Below are positions 13,094-24,775 of a stretch of 64,000 nt of DNA, one piece after another. The position numbers and the translations under genes are program-made. Every line of letters begins with the position of its first letter. The first letter of the stretch is position 1. The notes under the pieces were generated by a model that worked only from the letters and a program-made list of their open reading frames with translations, had not been told where the DNA came from and searched no databases. This DNA is from Eledone cirrhosa (Eukaryota), in assembly GCA_964016885.1 (NCBI GenBank), contig OZ024757.1:1302001-1366000 (forward strand), written 5' to 3'.

Positions 13094-14159
13094 TTGAATT
13101 AGTATGGTATAGACAAGTACATATGTTGTTTAGGTGTATAATATTGTCAATACTCTGATATGCCCAGTTCCTTGTTGGGTTGTTAATTCACTGAGGAACT
13201 GGAGTCATATGAATTCAAACAAATGAATTTCAGTGTCACAAGTCCCCTTCTCCTCTCATTGGTCAGTTATTAGAACATTCCTCATTCTAAGTGTTGTTAT
13301 TGTTGGAGTTAGCTTAAAAATTGATAAAATGGTAGAAGGGACAAGGTGTTAAAGGAACACAATAACAAAAAAGTGTCAAACTTCCCATTGGTCAGTTCTG
13401 AGAGCATTCCTCAGTCAGAAGTCTATAGAATTCTTTCTGGGGTGAGGCTCCCTGTAGTGTTTTTGCCTGCTATTGTTCAGTACATTTGACCTCTACCATT
13501 ATTTTGGTAGTGTTGTTGGTGTTGTGGTCAGCTTATATCTTGCTGCTGCTAACAATTTAGAAGTATCCAGTTTGTGTTTTTTCTTCATCCCTCCTGCCAC
13601 CATCTTAGTGGTGGTGGTGGTGGTGTGGGGAGGGGTTCTTCCATGTATATGAAGAAATATAAGGCAATAAATGAAGAAAACAGAAAATAAATAAATAATA
13701 TAATAAAATAATTAATATAATTTGTATAATTTGAAAATAAATAAATAAATAGAGAATAAAGAATAAAGAATAAATGAAAAATTGGTGAAAAAGTAATGAA
13801 AATGAATATGGAGAAGTGAGAAATAATGTAGGATAAAGTGTGTGTGTGTGCTATAACCAATCTCAAGGTCAGAATATATTGGATAGATTGGTATGGGACA
13901 AGATCTTAAGATGAGATATTCAAACAAAATGTGTTTGTGTTATAATCAATCTCAACTTAAAAATAAATATAAGGTGATACAGTGAAGAGGGCAGAAAACA
14001 AATAACAAATTAATAAAGAGAAATCAAGATTTAAGATTGGAACTTGAAAATCAGAAATCTAGTAAATTAAAAGTGTTTGTGTTATAGATGTTGGTCAAAT
14101 TATTATGGCTGTGTCCGATTCTATCTCTAGGCTATCATGGTGTCTGCTCCGCCTGGGTT

Positions 14160-14330
14160 GTTCCCTATAGCTTGAGGGGAGTTCACAACCTAGGGTGTTG
14201 TTATTGCCCATATAGCTTGAGGGAGGTCTGGCCGAGAGGTGTTTTCATGTTCTGTAGAAGTCCCTATAGCTTGAGGGGAGTTCACATCTTCTTGTGTTGC
14301 TACTGTCCATATATCTTGAGAAAGGTCCCG
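14160..14330. repeat. Short tandem repeats (cc.tatagcttgaggg.ag, four copies) overlapping the ORF end
   Basis: Copies at ~14163, 14208, 14262 and 14308. Confidence 0.75.
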
Positions 14331-16220
14331 GCTCTAAGGTGTCTGCATGTCCCGAAGAAGTCGGTTCTGAGGTTTATCAGGCCGCTTCCACCTCTTAGTA
14401 TCTCGAGGGTCTCGTTCAGGCATAGTTTGCATATGCAAGATCCCCCTTTATCGGGTGGTACTTTCCTGAATATGTACCAGGCCAGAGAGTATGGGGTCCT
14501 GTCCAGCTTAAGCTTCCAGATCAGGTCGGAGAGAGCTGTGCTTTTCCTTTTGGCCTCCTTCTTGAATGAATGGCGATGGTTGTACCAGCGGTCCTTAAAG
14601 CTCGTTGATGTGGCTCCTATGTAGAGGTGTTCGGAGTTGGGGGTTTTAACCCTACAACCGTACACTAGGTTCTTCTTGAGGCATTCATTACCAAGGGGCT
14701 TGATTCGGGGTTTCTGCAGTTGCAGAGGGTGGTCGGCCTCTGCGTGCCTAGATTAGGGTTCCCGTTATGTGTTACATGTTGGTCTTCCCCCAGGCTCGGT
14801 GGGGGGTCCTCGGGTCTGTTTGGGTTTCTTGGGTGGGCTCTGGGTCCCCCCTTCCCTCCTTTCACATGGTTCTGCTGAGTGTTTGTATTGCCATCTTCTG
14901 GTTGTGTGTGGTTTTTAAGCCTACTTCTGTTGATGCTAGCTATGTGTTGGGCCAAATTTCTCGTGGTGGAATACGAAAGCTTCACAGTGTGTCTGTTGAA
15001 GATCCTGTGGTATCTGTGGTCCCTCGAGAAGCATTTGTCAAGTGCTCCAAAGAATAATCGGGCCAAGCTTTTCTTTAGGGCCGCTGAGTAGGGTGGGTTG
15101 TACCACGTGATTTGTCGGTGTCTCCTCCTATATGTGTGGGTCGGGGGCTTCGTGATTTATTGGAGGTTTGTTGGGTTGCTGGTGGTTTCCGCACTGTTGC
15201 TTCCCCTTTGGGCTCTATGCTTTTTGTTATCTTCGCGGCCCAAATTTGTGGGGTGGTCGTTGTCCGCCCCGGGAGATCCATCGTGGGGTTGTCGCCCGTT
15301 TCCTCCCCCCCCACTTGTCCTGCGGTTGGGGTCGTCCGTCCTGGGGTGGTTAGCGTCACGCCTGAGACTGCTACTCATATTGTGCTCCATCTCGTGGTCA
15401 AGCGCACTAGTCCCCACCGCCCGTGTGGTGGTGTCGGGTACATGGTGCCTATTTGATTCTGCTCTGCCTGTATTGTTAGGGTTCGCCCTCTCCCCTCGGG
15501 AAACGCGGTTGTGGGTGTCTGTTGGGCTATCCACCTCCCGGATTTTCGGACTATATGTTATATTTTGTCCATGTGCCGCCTTCTTTAGAGCTGCGTTGTA
15601 ATATTCCGCGTGGTTATTGAATATTTCCTTACTTGCGGACAGGCTGGAGATCCTGTCCGAGACACTCTTCACCACTGCCTTGGTTATGGATCTAGGGTGG
15701 TTTGATTTGGCGTTAACATATACGAGTTTCTCGTTGGGGTTGTGGTAGGGGTAGTATTGCTCGGTGTTCAGGTTTAGGGTGGTGTCTAGGAAGTTAACTA
15801 CCTTCCTATTTGGGTCTATTTCTATGCTGAGCCCCTGGTTCTTAAAGAAATGGCGAATACGCCTCCTCATACCCTCCAACATATTGGTGCTGTGGTCATA
15901 TACTGTGAATAGAGCATCGTCACGATATAATCCGCCGCCCAGGCAGGGGATTTCATCTTTTATCTGCTTCAGCAGGTAGAGCCCAACCAGGTCCGTTACC
16001 TGCGCTGAGTCGCTGGAGCCCATCGTGATGTCAAAGTTATTTGGCCAATCACTCCTGGTCCAAAGGTCTCCATCGAAGCGGATTAAGGTCTTTCTTGCGG
16101 TGTGGATGATGCTCACCTCCTCTTGGGTTAGGTCCGTATTGGACATCGCTAAAAATAGGGCCTTATTAAGTACTATGGGTGAGATTGAGGAGTAGTAGCT
16201 TGCGATGTCCAGTTTAATTT
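14300..16220 (-). pseudogene. Naiad-type PLE RT plus GIY-YIG endonuclease (premature TAA at 15157-15159, frameshift near 14690)
   Basis: LDIASYYSSI, FDITMGSSDSAQ, GLYRDD, VNFLD, YVNAKSNHP, ITWYNPPYS, CNCRNPES, VY...YIGAT..FKDRWYNH, CKLC, NLRTDFFGTCRH. Confidence 0.85.
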
Positions 16221-16257
16221 ACTAGATTTCTGATTTTCAAGTTCCAATCTTAAATCT

Positions 16258-19200
16258 AACCACCCAACTGGGCAACACGTAATTACTTTTGCCAAAAATG
16301 TCCTGTTTCTATGAAAAAAAATCGATAAAACTAAATACATGCTGTAACCCTCTCTCTTACTCGCTTCATTCCTCTCTCACTACCCTCAATCTCCTCCGCA
16401 ACTCTCTTTAAAAGGTTACTGCCTCCGTCTCTGAAGGAACGCGACACAAACTTTGATAACCCTCTCTCTTATACGCTTTATTCCCCTCACTACCCTCAAT
16501 CTCCTCTGCAACTCTCTTTAAAAGGTTACTGCCTCTGCCTCCATTACAGTTTAGAACAACGACAAATCTTCTCTCTCTATAATAGATCATTCACCCTCTT
16601 CGTTCGTCATACATCAAATATCAAAATTTAACAAGCCGATAACACTAAATACATATTGTTCTCTCAACGTTACATTTTACATCAAATAACAAATATTCAA
16701 AAGCAACAGATGAATTTATAAAACAACAAACGTAACAATAACGACGCTTAAGCGTTCATTTACTTGAATCTCAACAAAGACATTATATTTTATTGTTGTC
16801 CTTTTTGTAATTTTCTTTCTTTGTTTTTCTCAAAAAATTAATGAGAAAACTTTTTTCACGAACGTCCGATTTCGATTTATTTTCCAGTGTGCTCCAAAAT
16901 AACGCTCTTTTGTGCTATAACTCAGACAGGCTTGGCTTAAAGGTTTGACCTATTATTTGACGTGCATTCTTCATAGATCTTACTTAGTACTCACTTTCCA
17001 CTTACTCACCGTTCAATTGAAAGTTTTGGCTACTCCCCCTTTCATGCTCCATTACCTGTATAAATATTTACGTGTTCGGTCCTGCTACAACATAATACTC
17101 ACTTGAAACTAATTCGAAATTCATTTGAAAATTTTCGCTACCAAAAACATTCTTTGAATCAACGGTCATGCCACCCAAAATAAGACCACGACTTAGTCGC
17201 CAAACTAAAGCTGCTTCTGCTACCAAACGAAGAAGAGCTACAGAGTTGTCCGTAGGAAAATTGACTCGGTTGTCAGAAAATTCAACTCGAAATGCAATTA
17301 CCCGGGCAACCGAGACAGAAAAAAAGAGGAGCATCCGCCTTTCCGGAAATGCATTTGTAACTGCAGTTGAACTGCAGCGCAAACTGATGAACAACATTCT
17401 CGACGACGAAGCAAAAATGCGGCCTCCACCGCTGCGACACGTGGCGGTGAGGACGAAGAACACCGTTACAGACGACGATGAAGAGATGCCGCCTCAACTG
17501 CTGCGTCACGTGCTGCCGAGGACGAAGGGTAGCGTTCCAGATGTCAACGTACGGACGCCGCTTCAACAGCTTCCGTTCGCGCATCAGAGACTGCGCAAAT
17601 TCAATTACAAAGGCTAAACGCCAACGCACTCCGCAGGAGTGCTAAACAAGGTATACAGAGGATCAGTTGCACTCAGTGGTCTCATAAGGCTTTCCACTAT
17701 GACCCAACAGTAAACTATGCACTGATGCCAGAAGTTCAGATTGGATCCATGTCATTTGCCAATATTGTCGGGCAAAGAAATGGCCTGGGGAAACTTCAGG
17801 GATGTGCTGCTCTGACGGCAAAGTGAAACTGCCTCCTCTACAGGAACCACCAGAACCTTTGAAGTCTCTACTGACCGGTGCCACAGCGGAGTTGGAACAC
17901 TTCCTTCGATGTTCCAGGAGATACAACGCTGCCTTCCAAATGACCTCTTTCGGAGCTAACATAAGTGAGGACGACTTCATGCCTACCTTTAAAGTTCAAG
18001 GACAAATTTACCACAGAATCGGTTCGCTACTGCTCACGACAGACGGACAGCCCCAGTTCCTACAGCTATACTTTGTCACTGACTATTTGGACCAAGCGGA
18101 ACGACGCGGTTCAATTTCGCCTGGCACAGACATGAAAATTCTGTTGCAACTCGAGAGAATGCTGCACGAAAACAACAACTACATTCGCAGTTTTAAATGC
18201 GCATTGGGCGCTGCCCCGTTGCCAAATTTTGCTGTTATAATCGACGCTGACAGGAAACCACCAGGCACCCACGCCGGACGTTTTAACACTCCCACGGGCA
18301 ATGAAATATCTGTGCTTCTTCATGGAGAACAGTACAACAAGCGGGACATCACACTTCAGTGTAGGGACAATAGTCTGCAACGCATCAGCGAGGCGCATAG
18401 GTCCTACGACGCATTAATATCCCCTACTTTTCCCATTAGGGGACGACGGATACCACTTTGGAATTCCTTTGTGCAACAGCAACAAAACTGTTTCCTCTAT
18501 GCAATTCTACACCTACCGATTCATGGTCCGCGAATGCTGCTTTAACCAACTCCACCGTGCAAGAGTACTCTTCAACCAGCTTGCTGTAGACGCGTGCGCA
18601 AAGATGGAATCTGAAAGGCTGTGCTACATAAGGAACAATCAAGCACGCCTTCGTTCGGACAGCTACATTCACTTACGGGATGGAGTAAGGAATGACGTCG
18701 ATCCCGAGAACCTAGGAAAACATTGTATCCTTCCGTCGACCTTCATTGGGAGTCCCGATACATGAGTGAACGCACACAGGATGCTATGACGTACGTGCGT
18801 CTCTACGGCAGACCGGATCTCTTCATCACTTCAACATGCAACCCTAAGTGGCGTGAAATTACCGCGGAATTATTCCCCGGACAAAGGGCGTCAGACAGAC
18901 ACGGCCTTACGGCACGAGTCTTTCACTTGAAGTTGACAAAACTTATTGAACTCCTAAAATCAGGTAAGGCCTTTGGACCTGTTAGGTGCTACGTATACAC
19001 CGTTGAGTGGCAAAAGAGAGGCCTGCCACACGCTCACCTACTTATTTGGCTGATAACGAAAATCAACGCAAGCAGCATTGACAGCATCATTTCAGCAGAA
19101 ATACCCGACGCAAAATTGAACAGACAACTCCACAACATCGTCACTGCTCACATGGTTCATGGGCCATGCGGAAACGGTTTCAACATGAATTCGCCATGCA

Positions 19201-21969
19201 TTAAAGAAAGAAGGTGCACCAAGAGGTATCCTAGGCCATTCCTCCGAGAAACTCGGACAGGTGGCGACGGTTATCCATTATACCGCCGCAGGGAGCCAGC
19301 GAACGGAGGAATTGTTGCGAAAACTCCACATCACAACGTCAACAACCGGTGGATTGTACCCTACTGCCCACTTCTGCTTAAATTGTTTAACGCCCACATT
19401 AACGTTGAATACTGCCACTCCGTCAAATTGATAAAGTACGTCTGCAAGTATACCAATAAGGAGTCCGATGCTGCGTCCTTTGGTCTTACAATGGAGAACA
19501 ACCGAGACGAAGTAACTCGATACCAGGTCGGCCGATACATCAGCAGCAATGAAGCGTTCTTGCGATTCTTCCACTTTGCAATACACCATAACTACCCCCC
19601 AATCAAACAGTTGGCGGTGCACCTTGAAAACGGTCAAAGAGTCCACTTCACCGCCTCCACCGCTGCTGAGATAGCAGAGGAACCCAAGGACACCACACTT
19701 ACGGCATTTTTTAAGTTATGCCGAAACGATCCCTTCGCAAAGACCATCTTCTACTCTCAGGTGCCATCATACTACACATGGAACACAGACAACAGAATTT
19801 GGTTAAGAAGGGTGAAAGGACAACCCGTCGAGGGACATCCAGACATTAAAATGTCCCATACCCTTGGGAGAGTGTACACCATTCATCCTAACCAACAGGA
19901 ATGCTTTTATCTCCGCCTTCTACTGCATGACGTGGTAGGACCGACATCTTTCGACGATCTGAAAACAATCAACGGAGAGATTTGTACTTCATTCCGCGCA
20001 GCCTGCCTTAGGCGGGGTCTACTGGAAGATGGCGCTCAGTGGGATGCGACATTGGCGAAGGCAGCTACAATACTCTCAGCGCGAACTCTTCGGCAACTCT
20101 TTGCGGTGCTACTGCAGACATGCGAGTTAAGCGACGCTGCATCCTTATGGGACGAATACAAAGAGGACCTTTCCGATTACTACATACACCAAAGGACAAC
20201 TGCTACTCCCTCATTCCGACGTACGACTCAGCGACGAATTCTTCAACAAAGCTCTCATTGACATCGAGGACAAAATCCTAACTGCCGGCGGAAATGACCT
20301 TCCATTCTATGGACTGCCAAAAGTTCAGCGAACGGGCTCGGACGAACTTCCGACGGGCATAATTCAGGAAACTGCCTACGACGTCCACGCCCTCGAACTG
20401 TTCATCAACGAAAACGAGCCGAAATTGTTGCAGGACCAACGGCAGGCGTATGACACAGTTTGCACTTCCATTCGTCAACGCAGAGGAGGTATCTTCTTTT
20501 TGGACGCCCCAGGAGGAACTGGTAAAACATTCGTCAATAAACTCCTTCTCGCCAAAGTGCGACAGCAGAAAGGAATCGCCCTGGCTGTGGCTTCTTCTGG
20601 CATTGCCGCAACTCTGCTGTCCGGAGGTAGGACAGCTCATTCCGCATTTAAACTGCCATTCAACACGACTTCAGACGACACAATAACCTGCAATATCACC
20701 AAGGACTCTGACAACGCTGAAGTCTTGAAAAGATGCCACCTAATTGTGTGGGACGAATGCACGATGGCCCATAAAGGGTCCATTGAGGCGTTAGGCAGGA
20801 CCCTACGAGACATCAGGGAATGCAACCGGCCGATGGGAGGAGTACCTCTACTGCTGTCTGGCGATTTTCGACAAACTCTTCCAGTTGTTCCAAAAGCCAC
20901 CAGGGCCGACACTGTGGGGGCTTGCATTAAGTCATCTCCCTTGTGGCAAGAAGTGACAATCCTGACCCTCACAACAAGCATGAGAGCCCAACTGCTCGGT
21001 GACCACTCAGCAGCCGACTTCTCAAAGGACCTCTTAACAGTTGGTGACGGCACTGCATCTTCAGATGCAGCTGGAGAAATGGCAGTCTCGCAAGTAGGCA
21101 CCGTTGTCGACACTGTTGACGACCTCACAGCCTCTGTCTTTCCCGATATGGCGACCAACTACAAAAACACGAGTTGGTATGCGATAGAGCCATATTGGCT
21201 CCCAAAAATGTCTCCGTTGCAAAAATCAATGAGGACCTTCTGCAACGCATTCCTGGAAACCTCCGTACCTACAAATCTGTGGACAAAGTTGTGGACAAAG
21301 ATGAGGTTGACGATTTTCCAACAGAATTCCTCAAATTCCTTGGACCTCTCTGGACTGCCACCTCATGAACTGCGCGTCAAAGTTGGGACTCCAGTGATGC
21401 TGTTGAGGAACCTGGAACCACCACGCCTCTGCAACGGAACACGGTTAGTGATAAGAACCTCCTGCCGCATGTAATTCAAGCCACAATTCTCACGGGCTGC
21501 GGCGCTGGAGAAAACGTCTTCATACCCAGAATACCATTAACTCCATCAGGTACGGAATGCCCCTGTACTCTGCGCCAACTTCAATTCCCCGTTAAACTTT
21601 GCTTCGCGATGTCAATCAACAAGTCCCAAGGCCAAACGCTATCAACGGCAGGCCTGCATTTAGCCCAGCCGTGCTTCTCACACGGCCAATTATACGTCGC
21701 ATGCTCAAGAGTGGGATGCAAGCAGAACTTATTCATACTTGCGCCCAAAGGCAGAACAAAAAAGGTGGTCTACAGAGAGGTGTTGTGGCTCCTCTATTCA
21801 ACATCACTGCAGTCTTGCCGGTCTGACATATGGTGAATAGATGCTATTGTTGTATATTTTCAAAGTTACCCGTATTTACTTTCAATGCCTCAATATTCAT
21901 AATTGAGTGGAATCATTAAAAGTACTTTAAAGCAATTAAACTCCGAGCAATGCCGGGCACTTCTGCTAG
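16258..21969 (+). mobile_element. Autonomous-type Helitron (decayed); 5' boundary uncertain
   Basis: RepHel coding region. 3' end ccgagcaatgccgggc-acttctg-CTAG followed by T. Confidence 0.9.
17168..21836 (+). pseudogene. Helitron RepHel (HUH Rep endonuclease plus Pif1-family helicase), several frameshifts
   Basis: CCSDGKV, YNAAFQMTS, GRPDLFIT.TCNPKW, VEWQKRGLPHAHLL, MVHGPCG, KYVCKY, DAPGGTGKTF, IVWDEC, GDFRQ, MLLRNL..LCNGTRL, MSINKSQGQT, FSHGQLYVACSRV. Confidence 0.95.
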
Positions 21970-22501
21970 TACATTATAAAGAAAGAAGAAACATTAGATA
22001 TAAATAAAAAATATAATATACCTAAATTCCTTCATTATCCTCGACTACGTAGTTTCGTGGCTATTATGCAAAAACATTACATCATAGAGATGCAGTATTT
22101 TTGTGAGGTTTGCCGACTTATCTCAGAGGTTACCTCATTTAGAGTTTCAAAACACGTCCGTATGACGCGAGATAGAATCCCGAAAGGCGGTGGGGGGAAC
22201 TTATCACGTGATACAGCCTTCAAGAAACAGAGCTAAGCCTCTTACAACCAAGCTCTGTTTCTTGACCGCTGTATCACGTGATAAGTTTCCCCTCCGCCTT
22301 TCGGGATTCTATCTCGCGTCCTACGGACGTGTTTTGAAACTCTATATGAGGTATCCTCTTGATAAGTCGGCAAACCTCACAAAAATACTGCATCTCTATG
22401 ATGTAATAGCCACGAAACTACGTAGTCGAGGATAATGAAGGAATTTAGGTATATTATATCTTTTTATTTATATCTAATGTTTCTTCTTTCTTTATAATGT
22501 A
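21970..22501. repeat. ~530-bp fold-back palindrome abutting the Helitron 3' end
   Basis: tacattataaagaaagaagaaacattagat...caagaaacagagct pairs with agctctgtttcttg...atctaatgtttcttctttctttataatgta. The loop is ~17 nt. Confidence 0.95.
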
Positions 22502-22518
22502 TTATATATATTAAAATA

Positions 22519-22719
22519 ACAGATTAAAGTTAAAGCAAAGAATCGTTGCTTTCACTCTTAACGGGATCTTCTGAAACTAAAAAAAATCAATCTGTGGACG
22601 TAAAAGTGAATATTTCGTAACGTTATAACCGAAGGAAAACAGGAAGACGATACTTTGGTTCGTGAAGAAGATCCCGTTAAAGGTGAAAGCAGCAATTCTT
22701 TGCCTAAACTTTAATCTGC
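22519..22719. repeat. Fold-back copy of the 560-1058 repeat family
   Basis: cagattaaagtt.a.gcaaagaat.g.tgctttcac...taacgggatcttc pairs with gaagatcccgttaa.ggtgaaagcagc.attctttgc.taaactttaatctg. Confidence 0.8.
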
Positions 22720-22726
22720 TCTTATA

Positions 22727-22777
<51 letters not shown>

Positions 22778-23100
22778 CGGGCATCCACTGATGATTTATA
22801 AGTGCCCGCCTACATATATTCCTACGGACTATGTGTAGGCTTCTACATAACCTGGACATTATTTTCCCAATTTGTAGAAAACTTATAATGAAACGATCGT
22901 TTGGAAAGAGAGATGTATTTTAATTATTTCTCATATAAAATAATACAACTGGCTATCCGCAAAATACGTATAGTTAGCACCCCCCAAACGTATAATTATA
23001 CTAAGGTATATCCTAATGTTTGTTGAGTGAGACGGAAACCGGTCGGAGTATTGCTTAAAGCTTTCTCTGTTAATGTATTAAATATACATATATATATATA

Positions 23101-23175
<75 letters not shown>

Positions 23176-23178
<3 letters not shown>

Positions 23179-23700
23179 AAAATGAGGTTTTTTTATGATA
23201 ATAAAAAAAACCAGATGTTCTACACGAGTGAAAGTATAAGGAAAAGAAATCGAAAATGCAACTGGAGTTTTTTTAAGAATATTTATTTATTTCCTTTACC
23301 GATTTCACAGTAATTAAGATGGAGGGTTTGTGGTTTTTCTCGTATCTGGTTGGTGTTCGAAAGTTCTTTGTTTTGTGGAAAAAGTGGCTCGAATTGTGGG
23401 GTTTTTAAAAAAATAATTTGGTTGATGACTGTCACGTGAATCAGTACAATATATTTCAAGCCAGTTTGTGTTTGAGGATTCTTTATTGCCCTTTTCACAG
23501 TCACATGATCGGCCATATGATACAGGTGCCAGAAAAGGAAGGTTTGTCTTAGAAAGTTTTGTGCCAAACAAAAGATAATGTTCAAGAAATGGGAGGGGGA
23601 GAAATAGTTCTGGTTCAGTGAGTATGGCTGATGTCACGCTGAGATGTCAAAATTCAGACTTTTGATATAAATTGAAGGTTTGTGGTGGTGGCGGCAGGGT
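23176..23700 (-). mobile_element. Diverged copy of the Neptune-type PLE 3' UTR/pseudo-LTR
   Basis: tacacgagtgaaagtataa, atcgaaaatgcaactggag, gatggaggg..tgtggtttttctc, ggaaaaagtggctcgaa and gttctggttcagtga are shared with 4558-5660. Confidence 0.8.
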
Positions 23701-23732
23701 AGAAAAGAAAGTGTGTGTGTGTATGTGTGTGA

Positions 23733-23805
<73 letters not shown>

Positions 23806-23930
23806 TGTGTGTCTGTGTGTGTGTAGCTAAGTTGTTTATCGTATTGGGTGGTCCCCCTCATACACACAGCAGCCCTGCCCCCGCCCACATATCAAAGGTA
23901 GCTTGCCACAAGTAATTGGAATTGAAAAGT

Positions 23931-24775
23931 TATATCTCACATAACATTTACATTACTCTATATATACTATTGTATTTTCACAGTAAAGGCTTTACCTCAC
24001 ATAATATCTCACATAACATTTACATTACTCTATATATACTATTGTATTTTCACAGTAAAGGCTTTACCTCACATAATATCTCACATAACATTTACATGAC
24101 TCTATATATACTATTGTATTTTCACTGTAAAGGCTTTACCTCACATAATATCTCACATAACATTTATGTTACTCTATACATACTATTGTATTTTCACTGT
24201 AAAGGCTTTACCTCACATAATATCTCACATAACATTTATGTTACTCTATATATACTATTGTATTTTCACTGTAAAGGCTTTACCTCACATAATATCTCAC
24301 ATAACATTTATGTTACTCTATATATACTATTGTATTTTCACTGTAAAGGCTTTACCTCACATAATATCTCACATAACATTTATGTTACTCTATATATACT
24401 ATTGTATTTTCACTGTAAAGGCTTTACCTCACATAATATCTCACATAACATTTATGTTACTCTATATATACTATTGTATTTTCACAGTAAAGGCTTTACC
24501 TCACATAATATCTCACATAACATTTACATGACTCTATATATACTATTGTATTTTCACTGTAAAGGCTTTACCTCACATAATATCTCACATAACATTTATG
24601 TTACTCTATATATACTATTGTATTTTCACTGTAAAGGCTTTACCTCACATAATATCTCACATAACATTTATGTTACTCTATATATACTATTGTATTTTCA
24701 CTGTAAAGGCTTTACCTCACATAATATCTCACATAACATTTACATTACTCTATATATACTATTGTATTTTCACTG
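23931..24775. repeat. 72-bp minisatellite, ~11.7 near-identical copies
   Basis: atatctcacataacattta...gtaaaggctttacctcacata recurs at 23932, 24004 and onward (period 72). Confidence 0.97.

Larger units (their letters stand above)
12990..16257 (-). mobile_element. 5'-truncated Penelope-like retroelement (Naiad-type) with the start of an inverted 3'-UTR copy at its 5' junction
   Basis: Coding remnant at 14300-16220. 16213-16257 is the reverse complement of ~14027-14071. The extent of the 3' UTR is approximate. Confidence 0.8.

Noticed and set aside
14300-16220. Selenocysteine (UGA) recoding, reported for some Naiad PLEs
   Set aside because: The internal stop at 15157-15159 is TAA, and the missing linker Cys is AGC. 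I saw no in-frame TGA at Cys positions.
23005-23050. Hammerhead-like gaaaccggtcgga
   Set aside because: The CUGANGA box and stem II are too degenerate. The same applies to a ttgaaaa-hairpin at ~10635-10660 (-).
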